A stretch of DNA of 49,556 nt from a bacterium (lineage in GTDB: Bacteria > DRYD01): assembly GCA_039630415.1 (NCBI GenBank), contig JBCNVB010000024.1, positions 1 to 49,556 of the forward strand. The letters run 5' to 3'. Position numbers and translations under genes: made by a program. Below are positions 27,553-37,749 of this stretch, in pieces (the stretch's first letter is position 1; each line of letters begins with the position of its first letter). The notes beneath the pieces were generated by a model. It searched no databases and was not told the DNA's origin. It saw only the letters and a program-made list of their open reading frames with translations.

Positions 27553-30082
27553 ATAACTTGATAAATTTCTGGTAAAGATTTTTTTTATTTTGAATTAAGT
27601 AGATATTGGCTAATACTGAATATATATTGGTTTTTACAAGTATTAATTTTTGCTTGTCTTCTTCTGATAAATTACTATCGGTGGAGAGATTATATATTAC
27701 TCTTGCCAAATTTAATGCAACTGAGTAGTTTTCAAGATACATTTCGCAAGATGTGTAGTAATAGAGTGATACAAAGTCCTTAGTGTAAATTTCTTCTAGT
27801 ATTTTTTTTGCGTTAGTGAAACTTTTATTAGCTTCAGACTTATTTTTGAAGTGCATACTTTTACCGTATATATAAAATGACAGAGCACCTATCAAGTAAA
27901 GATCATTTATAGTTGTCTTTATTTTGTATACTATAAGTGGTTCATATAAAATGGAGTATACTTTTTTGCAATAATTAGCGTCCTCTCTGCATTTTATGAA
28001 ATCATTTATAAGATATTTCATGTAAGCTTCTGCTATCACATCTCCAAAGGTATTGTATCTTATATCCATTAGGTTAATGTATTCTTTTGGTGGATAAATA
28101 ACTGAGAAAATTTGTTTATACATTTTTTGATAGTTTATTGATTTTTTATACTGGGATTTGTATTCGTAAGCACTTGCTAGAAGTAAGTGTACATCAGGAT
28201 AATTTTTATCATCATATTTCATAGCTTCTCTACAGATTTTAATTATGTTATCGGAATAAGTTATTATTTTATTTTTGATTTGATTTTGTAGTGATTTATC
28301 TGTAGATGAGTTTTGTTTTATCTCTAGTAGTGTTTGAACTTGATTATCATACAGGTAAGATAGTGATAAATATGCATTGATGTTATATTTGCATAATTGA
28401 ATAGCTTTAATATTTGCTTGGATACACGACTCTATATCTAGATTAATTCTATAGAGCTCAGCTAGAGTTACATATTTAGATGATGAAGGGAAAGAGTTTT
28501 TTATAACATACAAATATTGCTTATAGTTTCCAGTCTTTTCTACTTCTTTATCTATTTTATATGCAATTGCTTCTCTTATACCATAGATTGTACATATTAT
28601 TCCTATGCTTATACTCAATATTACCCATAGCGTTTTTGAATTCTTAAAAGTTATGTTTTCTAACTTAATGTTGTGCTGATTAGTGTGTTTGGAATTTATA
28701 TAATACTCTAAATTTTCAATAATGGCTAGATTAACTACTAAATTGGTTAGAAAAATTATTAAAATGTAAGAGAACTTGAAATCAACATCGAAAGCTATAT
28801 GTACAAGAATTTGCATTAATCCTATAGTTATTCCTACTGAAAGTAAATACACTCCAATCATTGACAAATCTTGTATGGATTGTGCTGAAAAATCTTTTAA
28901 ACTCTGACGATCTTTGTATTCTTCTGATTTGATAAAGTTCATACTAAATTGACTAAGTTTACTGTATGAAATAACTGCTCTGTAAATGAAATATAATATA
29001 AAACAAATAAACAGCAATAATCCCAGAAATCCTACTTCTGATAAAAGTTTTAGATAATAGTTATGGGGATCTTTGGAGTAATAATAGAATCCAGCTTGAT
29101 AAAGGGGGTATACTTTGGAAAAGTTATACAGTCCACATCCAAACAGAAAATCTTGAGCTATTTTTATACTTGCTTCCCAAAAATCTACTCTAGCTATGAC
29201 AGTATTGGTTAAACTAAAAGTGACTGCTTTTATGGAACTTATTAAAGTACTGGTAAACTTTTTGTCTATTAAAAATTGAAGTATTAGTAATGTTAAAGAA
29301 AGACCAGTAGAAAGATAAAAGAGAGTTTTTACGCGAGGATTTATGTTTTTTATTTCAATTGGTTTGATTATTTTTATTAATCCAAAGTAAAGAGGGATTG
29401 ATATAATAAAGGACAGGAAAGATGCTTTTGAAGCACTAAAAATTAGAGAAAATATGCTTAATATAAAGCAAATAAAGAATATAACTGCTTTTGGGTATTC
29501 TCTGTATATCATACAGAAACAAAATAAGCTAAAAGCTATAGGAATAAACATTAATACAAACCCTCCAAAAGCATTCTTTTGATAAAATAAAGACATCCAT
29601 GGTGAGCCTCTGGGCAAGCCAAGATTAACTATTAGCGCTACAACTATACAACTAACAAATATTGTAATCAAAACTAAACTATAATTATATAGGAATTCCT
29701 CTTTATCATCTACACTAATAACATAATTATATGCAAACCAACAAAAGTTAAACATTAACATATACATGAAAGTTTCTCTTAAACTTTCAAACTTATCTAC
29801 AGAAAAAAAGAATGACGAAATGCTAGCTATTATTACAAATGCAAACAGAAACAATAGGCCTAAGTTTATGTGAAATTCTTTTAGTTTTTTATAGTTTAGC
29901 ACACTTAGTATTATGTTTAGAATAGCGAGTATAATGATGTAGATATATTGTTCGCCTGGGTGTAATCCGCCTGCAAAAAAGAATTCGGGTATAAACTGAT
30001 TACCTGTCAATAGCCAAATGTTATCTAGTATCCATAATACTAGACCTATACATAAAGGGATTATAAGTAGTACAAAATTCAT
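27530..30082 (-). CDS. O-antigen ligase (Wzy_C) family membrane protein with a long helical/TPR-like C-terminus
   Basis: About 12 TM segments; SASKA, ARVDFW, FGCGLYNF, PHNYYL...EVG and VHIAFD motifs. Confidence 0.8.
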   Translation of the reverse strand: MNFVLLIIPLCIGLVLWILDNIWLLTGNQFIPEFFFAGGLHPGEQYIYIIILAILNIILSVLNYKKLKEFHINLGLLFLFAFVIIASISSFFFSVDKFESLRETFMYMLMFNFCWFAYNYVISVDDKEEFLYNYSLVLITIFVSCIVVALIVNLGLPRGSPWMSLFYQKNAFGGFVLMFIPIAFSLFCFCMIYREYPKAVIFFICFILSIFSLIFSASKASFLSFIISIPLYFGLIKIIKPIEIKNINPRVKTLFYLSTGLSLTLLILQFLIDKKFTSTLISSIKAVTFSLTNTVIARVDFWEASIKIAQDFLFGCGLYNFSKVYPLYQAGFYYYSKDPHNYYLKLLSEVGFLGLLLFICFILYFIYRAVISYSKLSQFSMNFIKSEEYKDRQSLKDFSAQSIQDLSMIGVYLLSVGITIGLMQILVHIAFDVDFKFSYILIIFLTNLVVNLAIIENLEYYINSKHTNQHNIKLENITFKNSKTLWVILSISIGIICTIYGIREAIAYKIDKEVEKTGNYKQYLYVIKNSFPSSSKYVTLAELYRINLDIESCIQANIKAIQLCKYNINAYLSLSYLYDNQVQTLLEIKQNSSTDKSLQNQIKNKIITYSDNIIKICREAMKYDDKNYPDVHLLLASAYEYKSQYKKSINYQKMYKQIFSVIYPPKEYINLMDIRYNTFGDVIAEAYMKYLINDFIKCREDANYCKKVYSILYEPLIVYKIKTTINDLYLIGALSFYIYGKSMHFKNKSEANKSFTNAKKILEEIYTKDFVSLYYYTSCEMYLENYSVALNLARVIYNLSTDSNLSEEDKQKLILVKTNIYSVLANIYLIQNKKNLYQKFIKLYEKYSVK

Positions 30083-30106
30083 TTTAAAATTTAAGTTCGG
30101 GTATTT

Positions 30107-30268
30107 TTAGGTATTTTGCTGGATTATCTTGTCTGCTTCTTTGATTAGTTGTTTTATGTTTTTTACTTCCTGATCTTCTTCATGAAGGATATAGATTATT
30201 GTTCCTATGAGCATAATAATTAAGCCTGCCATAATTAAGGACTTTCCTATTTTATCTGTATTTTTCAT
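30107..30268 (-). CDS. Small single-TM protein (53 aa), below the ORF-track cutoff
   Basis: MKNTDKIGKSLIMAGLIIMLIGTIIYILHEEDQEVKNIKQLIKEADKIIQQNT; GGAGG RBS; fills the gap between kamA and the ligase-like gene. Confidence 0.75.
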   Translation of the reverse strand: MKNTDKIGKSLIMAGLIIMLIGTIIYILHEEDQEVKNIKQLIKEADKIIQQNT

Positions 30269-30305
30269 AATAATACCTCCGGTTTATGTCGGATTTAACT
30301 TATTA

Positions 30306-31622
30306 TTAAGAACAGCTTGTTCTATGTTTGAATTGTTCTGATATTTCTTGGAAGATTTTTTCTTTATTTTTTCTTCTCATGTCTCTTTTACTTTCTGGGT
30401 CTAGGTTAAGTTTTGATCTGTTACCTTCCCATAGTAGTTTAGCTACACCATCTAGCTGATCTTTCATTTCTTGACAGTATTGACATGTTTCTGGGTTATG
30501 AGGTGAGTCTGGATGCTTGGGTTCCGGATATAAGAATATTTTTCCTTCATAGTTTCTAAGAACTACTCTGTCAGAAGACATTGAAATTACATAGTTTGGC
30601 ATTACGGGTATTTTGCCCCCTCCACCTGGAGCATCTACTACAAAATATGGGTTAGCTAGTCCTGAAGTATGACCCCTTAAGAATTCCATTATCTCTATCC
30701 CTTTACTAACTCTAGTTCTAAAGTGTTCAAGACCTTCTGTTAAGTCACATTGGTATATGTAGTACGGTCTGCATCTATTTTTCAGGAGTAGATGGAAAAG
30801 TTTTTTCATCACAAAAGGGCAATCATTTATGCCTCTCAGTAAAACAGTTTGATTTCCTAAAACTACACCTGCATCCGCTAACATATTAAGAGCTCTTTCA
30901 GAATATTTAGTTATCTCCTTCGGATGATTAAAGTGTGTGTTTAGATATATTGGATGATATTTTTTAATTATTGAAACGAGTTTTTCAGTTATTCTCATTG
31001 GGTTGGTTACTGGCATTCTAGAACCTAGTCTTATAATTTCTACATGTGGAATACTTCTGAGTCCTTGAAGGATTTTCTCTATTTTCTCATCACTTAAGGA
31101 AAGGGAGTCCCCTCCTGATACTACAATATCTCTTATTTCTTTATGCTTTCTTATATACTCTATTCCCATTTCTATTTGTGACCATGGTGTTGGTCTGTAA
31201 CTTACCATTCTACTCCTTGTGCAGTGCCTACAGTAAACGGAACATCTGTCGGTTACTAGAAACAATACTCTATCTGGATATCTATGTACTATTCCCGGTA
31301 CTGGCATATCAACATCTTCTGCTAGAGGGTCCTCTAGATCGAATGTACTTTTTTCTAGTTCATGTATTGAAGGTACTGCTTGCATTCTTATGGGGTCTTT
31401 AGGATTGTCGGGATCCATTAAAAGAGCATAGTATGGAGTTATGCCTAATGTGAATATTTCTCCTAGACCTTCTTTTATAGCTCTTTCTTCTTCTGGTGTT
31501 ACATTTATAACTTTTTTTAATTTTTCTACGTTGGTTATTCTATTTTGTGTTTGCCAGTGGAAATCTTCGAATTGTTCTTCTGTTACATCTTTCCATATGT
31601 CTATTTCTGTCCAATGTCTCAT
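30306..31622 (-). CDS. kamA: Lysine 2,3-aminomutase (radical SAM, PLP-dependent)
   Basis: HRYPDRVL, CSVYCRHC, SGGD, THFNHPKE, PYYIYQCD, DAPGGGGK. Confidence 0.92.
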   Translation of the reverse strand: MRHWTEIDIWKDVTEEQFEDFHWQTQNRITNVEKLKKVINVTPEEERAIKEGLGEIFTLGITPYYALLMDPDNPKDPIRMQAVPSIHELEKSTFDLEDPLAEDVDMPVPGIVHRYPDRVLFLVTDRCSVYCRHCTRSRMVSYRPTPWSQIEMGIEYIRKHKEIRDIVVSGGDSLSLSDEKIEKILQGLRSIPHVEIIRLGSRMPVTNPMRITEKLVSIIKKYHPIYLNTHFNHPKEITKYSERALNMLADAGVVLGNQTVLLRGINDCPFVMKKLFHLLLKNRCRPYYIYQCDLTEGLEHFRTRVSKGIEIMEFLRGHTSGLANPYFVVDAPGGGGKIPVMPNYVISMSSDRVVLRNYEGKIFLYPEPKHPDSPHNPETCQYCQEMKDQLDGVAKLLWEGNRSKLNLDPESKRDMRRKNKEKIFQEISEQFKHRTSCS

Positions 31623-31644
31623 TTTTATCCCCCTTAGTTTATTT

Positions 31645-33153
31645 TTATTGAATTACTCTTTTGAATATTTCTCCATTATCGGGATCTGATAACTCTTGAA
31701 ATATATTCTCTACTATGATATGGTTGTTCAAGTATTTATTTATTGAGGCGAGATTTATGAGAACTGTATCGTGTATATATGGTGTGTAGTTGTTTAAGGA
31801 ATTTTCTAGAATTTTAATTGATCTTTCTATGTCGCCTGTAATGAATAGACATATACCGAACATTATTCTGGCCTCGGTGAAATTTTTATCAGTAGCTACT
31901 GCTCCTCTAAAGTAATTCGTAGCTACATCGAAATCTCTAACTGCAAAACTATATAAACCATTTAGAAACCAAAAGAATGGATTATTGGGTTCTTGCTCAA
32001 CTAAATCTCTGACTTTCTTAAAATCTACCCGTTTTGCTTCTGTATTTGAGGAACCCTTCATTTCTTTCAATATGTTATTTAGGTACATCGAGTACTGTGC
32101 AAAGTTATGCAAAACTTTGTTGATTGGTAAAAACTCTATTCCAGCAATTATTTCTCTATTGACATCTAAGTCAATACTTGCTTTGGTAAGCTTATAGAGT
32201 ACGTTGTCCTTATCTAACTCTTGACATTTGTTTATAACCGTCTCTACATTTTGTAAATTTACGGAATTATCCAGATGGTTAATTATTTCCTGGATTTCTG
32301 ACTGTAAGATGTTATATGACTCTTCTCTATATATTGATATACATAGAAAGAGATAGAGTATATATGCTTTCAGTTTTGGACTATCTAAATCTTCTAGTGC
32401 TTGGACTATTTGATTTATCTTTTCCCTGACCATTCTTGTACTTTCTATTAGAATATACATATCTCCAAAATAGAAAAAGCTAAAGATATATAGCATCAAA
32501 GCATATATGGTAAAATCATTACCTACTTCTAGGAGATAATTGAATATATTGCTGAATGTTTGATATTCCCTTGAATTAAGCGATACAATCATAAAATCAA
32601 AGAGGAAAAAAAGATTTATATAATCTGTTTCTAGGTTATCTAGTGGACTTGTTATAGGTCTGTTGTATAGTAGCTCAAAAGCTTTTGAAAAGCTTTCATA
32701 AGCTTTTTCTACATTTTGTAAGTAAAAGTTAATTAAACCTCCCAGATATAGTGTCTCAAATTCATTGAAATTAGTTATGTTATCTTCAAAGTACCCTACA
32801 GCGTTAAATATATCTCGATTGAATATAAAGTTTAAGCAGTTATAAAAGTACTCTGAATAGTAAGTTTGAATTAGATTTTTAATTTCTGGGATTATGGATA
32901 TTTTCGTCGCATCAAATGAGATATCCAAGTAGTTTGAGTTTACTAGTTCAAAAAATTTACTTACGAATGCATATGAAATGAAGGGATTTATTACTAGTAC
33001 TGGGAAGTAGTTTTTTATTTTTGCAGGAATCAGTAATTTTATCTTAGGTGGTTCTTTTTTGGTTCTACAGTTTTTGCAGTTACATTTTGTACTATGTGAT
33101 GTTGATGTATCAAAGACTATCCAAATTTTATCCTTAACGCTTAATGTATTCAT
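31645..33153 (-). CDS. TPR-containing hypothetical protein with an N-terminal Cys motif
   Basis: TPR-like C-terminus (EPNNPFFWFLNG...A..YF; EARIMFG); HSTKCNCKNC near the N-terminus. Confidence 0.7.
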   Translation of the reverse strand: MNTLSVKDKIWIVFDTSTSHSTKCNCKNCRTKKEPPKIKLLIPAKIKNYFPVLVINPFISYAFVSKFFELVNSNYLDISFDATKISIIPEIKNLIQTYYSEYFYNCLNFIFNRDIFNAVGYFEDNITNFNEFETLYLGGLINFYLQNVEKAYESFSKAFELLYNRPITSPLDNLETDYINLFFLFDFMIVSLNSREYQTFSNIFNYLLEVGNDFTIYALMLYIFSFFYFGDMYILIESTRMVREKINQIVQALEDLDSPKLKAYILYLFLCISIYREESYNILQSEIQEIINHLDNSVNLQNVETVINKCQELDKDNVLYKLTKASIDLDVNREIIAGIEFLPINKVLHNFAQYSMYLNNILKEMKGSSNTEAKRVDFKKVRDLVEQEPNNPFFWFLNGLYSFAVRDFDVATNYFRGAVATDKNFTEARIMFGICLFITGDIERSIKILENSLNNYTPYIHDTVLINLASINKYLNNHIIVENIFQELSDPDNGEIFKRVIQ

Positions 33154-33157
33154 ACTA

Positions 33158-34573
33158 TCATATTATATAAATGTTGCTCTTGTCCTCTATTTCAATTATA
33201 TCTTTGAGTTTATTGTAAACGTATTCTCTATCTATTTGGATGGTTTTATTTTTGTAATTGTTTATGTCAAAAGATATATCTTCCAGGATTTTCTCTATTA
33301 TTGTGTGTAGTCTCCTTGCTCCTATGTTTTCTGTTTGGTTATTCAGGTTTTCTGCAACTTCTGCTATAGCCCATAGAGAATCTTCGGTAAAATCTATTTT
33401 TATGTCTTCCACTTCTAGTAAAAGTGTATATTGCTTTACTAGACTGTTTTCAGAGTGTTTGAGTATTTTGTAAAAATCTTGTTTATTTAGGTTTTTAAGT
33501 TTAACTCTTATGGGGAATCTACCTTGGAGTTCTGGGATTAGATCGGTTGGTTTGGATATGTGAAATGCTCCTGCTGCTATGAACAAGATATGATCTGTTT
33601 TTACAGTTCCATATTTTGTCATAACCACAGAACCTTCTATTATTGGTAGTAAATCTCTTTGAACTCCTTCTCTGGATACGTCTGGACCTCTGGTGTCACC
33701 TTTTGATACTATCTTATCTATCTCGTCTATAAATATGATTCCCAGATTTTCTGCTCTCTGAATAGCTTCTTTCTTTACCTCTTCGTGATCTATTAACTTC
33801 TTTGCCTCTTCTAACTTCAAAATATCTATTGCTTCTGGTATTTTCATCTTCTTTTTTCTTGATTTTCTAGGGTAAAGAGAAGAAAAGAGTTCATTTATAT
33901 CTATTCCATATTGATCGAAGGTTACATTTGTTCCCGGTATAAAGTAATTTTCGATTATTGGTCTTGATTCGATTTCTATTTCTATGTATTCATCGTCCAT
34001 TAATCCTTTTTTTATTTTTTCAAACAGTTCTCTACGTTGATTTTGTATCTCTTGTTTAATATCCTCGGGTATGTTAGTTGTTTGGTTGATGTTAAATATC
34101 GAAAATAGAGGATTCTGGGGATTGTTGGATGAGGGGTAGGGTTTTAAGATTTCGGTTATTCTCTTTATAGCCTCTTCTTTTGCTTTTTCTTCAACGTTTT
34201 TTATTTTTTCTGATTGTACATTCCGGTAAGAGACTTCTACTAAGTCTCTTACCATGCTTTCTACATCTCTACCTACATATCCTACTTCGGTGTATTTGGT
34301 GGCTTCTACTTTAATAAAAGGAGCACCTATGATTTTAGCTACTCTTCTAGCTATTTCTGTTTTACCAACACCTGTTGGGCCTATCATTAGAATATTTTTG
34401 GGTATAATCTCATCTCTGTACTCTTCTTTTACTCTCATTCTTCTATATCTATTTCTTATTGCAATTGCTATAGCTTTTTTGGCTTCTTCTTGACCTATTA
34501 TGTATTTGTCTAGTAATTCCACTATTCTTGATGGAGTTAAACTTTCCATTAAACTCATTAGATGGTCTACCAT
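33158..34573 (-). CDS. hslU: ATP-dependent protease ATPase subunit HslU/ClpY
   Basis: GPTGVGKTE, EATKYTEVGYVG, IDEIDKI, GVQRDLLP, ENIGARRL. Confidence 0.97.
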   Translation of the reverse strand: MVDHLMSLMESLTPSRIVELLDKYIIGQEEAKKAIAIAIRNRYRRMRVKEEYRDEIIPKNILMIGPTGVGKTEIARRVAKIIGAPFIKVEATKYTEVGYVGRDVESMVRDLVEVSYRNVQSEKIKNVEEKAKEEAIKRITEILKPYPSSNNPQNPLFSIFNINQTTNIPEDIKQEIQNQRRELFEKIKKGLMDDEYIEIEIESRPIIENYFIPGTNVTFDQYGIDINELFSSLYPRKSRKKKMKIPEAIDILKLEEAKKLIDHEEVKKEAIQRAENLGIIFIDEIDKIVSKGDTRGPDVSREGVQRDLLPIIEGSVVMTKYGTVKTDHILFIAAGAFHISKPTDLIPELQGRFPIRVKLKNLNKQDFYKILKHSENSLVKQYTLLLEVEDIKIDFTEDSLWAIAEVAENLNNQTENIGARRLHTIIEKILEDISFDINNYKNKTIQIDREYVYNKLKDIIEIEDKSNIYII

Positions 34574-35799
34574 ATCAACTTTTCTCCTTCAAACTCTGGT
34601 AATTCAAGTTTTTCTTTTATTTTACTTTTAAAGAATTCTTGTATTAAAAAGGAAACGTATCTGAAACTGGGTTTTACTCCTAAAAAATAGTTAGAGCGAC
34701 CTCCTACAATCATTATGGGTACATCTTCTCTGGTATGATCGGTAGAGTTATCTGTTGGATCATTTCCATGATCTGCCGTAATTACTGCTATATCAGTATC
34801 TTTGAGATTATTTAGTAAGTTGGGTAATAGGGCATCGAACTGTTGTAGAGCTTGTGTCCAACCCAAATAATCTTGTCTATGACCATATACAGTATCAAAA
34901 TCAACCAAATTAGCAAATACTATTCCTTCGAAATTTTCTTTTGAAAGTTCTACTACTTTTTCGAATATTTTATCGTTTCCTGAAACTTTGAAAGATTCTG
35001 AGATTGACCTATTTGAGAATATTTCAGCTACTTTTCCAACTGTTATAACTTTTAGATTACTTTGATAGAGTATGTCGAGTATGGTTGTAGAAGGTGGGGG
35101 TACTGAGAAATCTTTTCTTTTATCGTTTAGTCTATAAAAATTGGGATAGGTTCCTGCAAATGGTCTGGCTATAACTCTTGCAATTCTATACCCTTTAGAT
35201 TGTATCAGCTGATAAGCTTTGTAACATATATCGTAAAGTTCTTCGAGTTTAATCACGTCTATGTGTGCTGCTACTTGAAAAACGCTATCTGCTGAAGTAT
35301 ACACTATGATACTACCTGTTTGAATGTGTTGCTCTCCAAGTTCTTTAATTATCTCTGTTCCTGAAGCTGGTTTATTACCTATAATTTTTCTACCTGTTAA
35401 AGATTCAAGACTATTTATTAGATCATCTGGAAAGGAGTTAAATGTTTCAAATCCTTGATTTAGTATGATTCCTGCTATTTCCCAGTGTCCTGTGATTGTA
35501 TCTTTGCCTTTAGATTTTTCTTTCATTATACCGTAAGATGATATTATTTTTTGGTTAGTATCAAAGCCTATGAAGTTTAAATCTTGATCAGTTAGTGAAG
35601 GATATTTGTACTGTAAAATTTTATGAAGTCCAAGTTTTGAAAGGTTGAGTAAGTGTACTTTTTTACCTTCAGCTGAAGATTTTCTAAGTGAATTATAAGT
35701 TGTATTTACACTTGGAGGGTCATTGAAATCTGTACAGTCTTCTGCAGCTCCTATCCCCACTCCATCTAAAACAATCAAAAAGAACTTCATAACTCTCAA
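34567..35799 (-). CDS. deoB: Phosphopentomutase (likely start is the ATG at 35790)
   Basis: LDGVGIG, GKDTITGHWE, YTSADS, RVIARPF, NLVDFD..YGHR, TADHGNDPT, TDHTRE. Confidence 0.95.
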   Translation of the reverse strand: MRVMKFFLIVLDGVGIGAAEDCTDFNDPPSVNTTYNSLRKSSAEGKKVHLLNLSKLGLHKILQYKYPSLTDQDLNFIGFDTNQKIISSYGIMKEKSKGKDTITGHWEIAGIILNQGFETFNSFPDDLINSLESLTGRKIIGNKPASGTEIIKELGEQHIQTGSIIVYTSADSVFQVAAHIDVIKLEELYDICYKAYQLIQSKGYRIARVIARPFAGTYPNFYRLNDKRKDFSVPPPSTTILDILYQSNLKVITVGKVAEIFSNRSISESFKVSGNDKIFEKVVELSKENFEGIVFANLVDFDTVYGHRQDYLGWTQALQQFDALLPNLLNNLKDTDIAVITADHGNDPTDNSTDHTREDVPIMIVGGRSNYFLGVKPSFRYVSFLIQEFFKSKIKEKLELPEFEGEKLIW

Positions 35800-35927
35800 T
35801 ATTATATTACATCAACTTCTTCTTTATCCTTTATTCCACTATTCGAAGGAGAGTAGCGAAAAATAAAAAATAATATACAAAGTATCAATAAGGTAAAAAC
35901 TAATTATACAAAAAGGAGAAAAAGACC

Positions 35928-36638
35928 ATGAAAGATTTTCTATCTGTAGCTATCCAAATAATATCAAGAAATTTTGTAAAAATCTTAATAATCTGTGCTA
36001 TATGTAATCCTATTTTTACATTATTATCATTATTTACTGTTTTCTTTATACCAACATATTTTTTAGCATTGGTATATCAAAAAGCAAGAGATTACTTTTT
36101 AACCGGTGTGGAAGACTTTGATATTGATTTGGACATCCCAAAATTTTACATAGAAGGATTTAAAATTTTCATATCTAGAGTTATAATGATCTTGCCTTTC
36201 TCAATCTTCATAATTCTATATATCTGCGGTTCTCTTATTGTTGCTAATATTTTACAAGATCAGTCTCAACAGAATTTTCAAATAGTGTCCATAGTATTCA
36301 TGATTTCATGGGTTTTGTTGGTTATTATAAGTATGGTGATAAGCCTTTCGGTAACAACTATAAACCTTCTTTCCATAGTTGGGTATAGTATTAGTGGGGA
36401 TATTATATCAACTGTTAAAAATACTTATAAAATTTGGTTTAGAAATTTACTGTTTTCTGTATTACTCTTTATCATATATCTTTTTGGAGCTTCTGCTTTT
36501 TCAACTTTAGTATTACCCGTATTATGTCTATCATTGAGTATTCTGTATTATCTTCCAACCTTGCTATTAGACGTGTTTATTTTTAGTTTTCTAGGTTCAA
36601 AGTATAAGGATTTGGTGGTAGATAAGGGGTTAGGATAG
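35928..36638 (+). CDS. Hypothetical multi-pass membrane protein
   Basis: AAGGAG RBS; about 5-6 TM segments. Confidence 0.7.
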   Translation: MKDFLSVAIQIISRNFVKILIICAICNPIFTLLSLFTVFFIPTYFLALVYQKARDYFLTGVEDFDIDLDIPKFYIEGFKIFISRVIMILPFSIFIILYICGSLIVANILQDQSQQNFQIVSIVFMISWVLLVIISMVISLSVTTINLLSIVGYSISGDIISTVKNTYKIWFRNLLFSVLLFIIYLFGASAFSTLVLPVLCLSLSILYYLPTLLLDVFIFSFLGSKYKDLVVDKGLG

Positions 36639-36651
36639 GGAGGTGTAGTAA

Positions 36652-37737
36652 GTGAAAAGCTTATTAGTGATTTTTCTTACTATTGCTTTGATTTTGAACA
36701 TTTTAGTATTCTCATCTGTCAAAGTATTTTCAGATGCTAGTAACAAGAGTGTCATACTAGTTATAGGTGATGGAATGGGACTGCCTATAATATCTGCATA
36801 TGAGTACTATAAAAGTGAACATCTTAAAAAGGGTTATAGTAATTTTGCTGAGTTTGATGGAGCGTTTTTGGTAAGGACAAGAAGTAAAGATTACGTTGTT
36901 ACGGATAGTGCAGCAGGTGCAACTGCTTTCGCTATAGGTAGGAGAGTTCCCAATTATCAAGTTGGGGAATTGCAGGAGGGTAAAAGAATACCAACAATCA
37001 TGGATATTGCTAAAAGCAAAGGTAAGTCTACGGGAATAGTAGTGGAATGTTCTATAACCCATGCTACTCCTGCTGCTTTCTATTCTTACTCTGCATCACG
37101 TAAAGATGACGCAAATATAGCAAAACAACTACTCTACTCTAATCTGGACCTTGTCATCTCCGGAGGATATAAACACTTTGTAGAACATCAAGATAAACTA
37201 AAAAGCCTTGGCTATACAGTTCTATATGGAGAGGAGGAGCTACGAGAACTAATACAAACAAACAAAATCACTGAAAAACTTATAGTTTTCACAGCATATG
37301 ATCACCCACCACAATATAAACAAAGAAAAATAAAGTTAGAAAAAAAGGTAGAATACGCATTGGAAAATCTATCTAGAAATCCAAAAGGATTTTTCTTGTT
37401 AGTTGAGGCGAGTCAAATAGATTGGTATGCTCATCAAAATAAAATAATCGAAGAAATAGATGAAATGGAGGATCTGGATTATGCTTTACGAATTATTTTG
37501 AATTATGCAAAAAATAATCAAAACACGTTGGTCCTTGTTTTGGCTGATCATGATTGCGGAGGTTTGTCATTGGTCGACTATCAAGCAAAAATATTTACTC
37601 CAGAGTTCAAGGTAAAGTACTCATCAGATTATCATGTAGCTGATCATATAGTAGCTTTTTACAAGGGATATCTAAAACCGAAACCAATAGTGGATAACAC
37701 TGAAGTTTATTATATGCTTCTTGACTACTTGAAATAA
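36652..37737 (+). CDS. phoA: Alkaline phosphatase (PhoA family), exported
   Basis: N-terminal signal; IGDGMG, TDSAAGATA, THATPA, EASQIDWYAH, ADH. Confidence 0.9.
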   Translation: MKSLLVIFLTIALILNILVFSSVKVFSDASNKSVILVIGDGMGLPIISAYEYYKSEHLKKGYSNFAEFDGAFLVRTRSKDYVVTDSAAGATAFAIGRRVPNYQVGELQEGKRIPTIMDIAKSKGKSTGIVVECSITHATPAAFYSYSASRKDDANIAKQLLYSNLDLVISGGYKHFVEHQDKLKSLGYTVLYGEEELRELIQTNKITEKLIVFTAYDHPPQYKQRKIKLEKKVEYALENLSRNPKGFFLLVEASQIDWYAHQNKIIEEIDEMEDLDYALRIILNYAKNNQNTLVLVLADHDCGGLSLVDYQAKIFTPEFKVKYSSDYHVADHIVAFYKGYLKPKPIVDNTEVYYMLLDYLK

Positions 37738-37749
37738 TCTGCTTTTGAA

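Noticed and set aside
1013-36638. Possible paralogy of the membrane proteins at 1013-1840 and 35928-36638
   Set aside because: Similar hydrophobic topology only; I could not find shared motifs beyond I/L/F compositional bias.
35800-36651. TTTACA boxes as definite Pho boxes
   Set aside because: I could not see such a repeat upstream of the alkaline phosphatase transcription unit, the expected Pho target, so the regulator is left unassigned.
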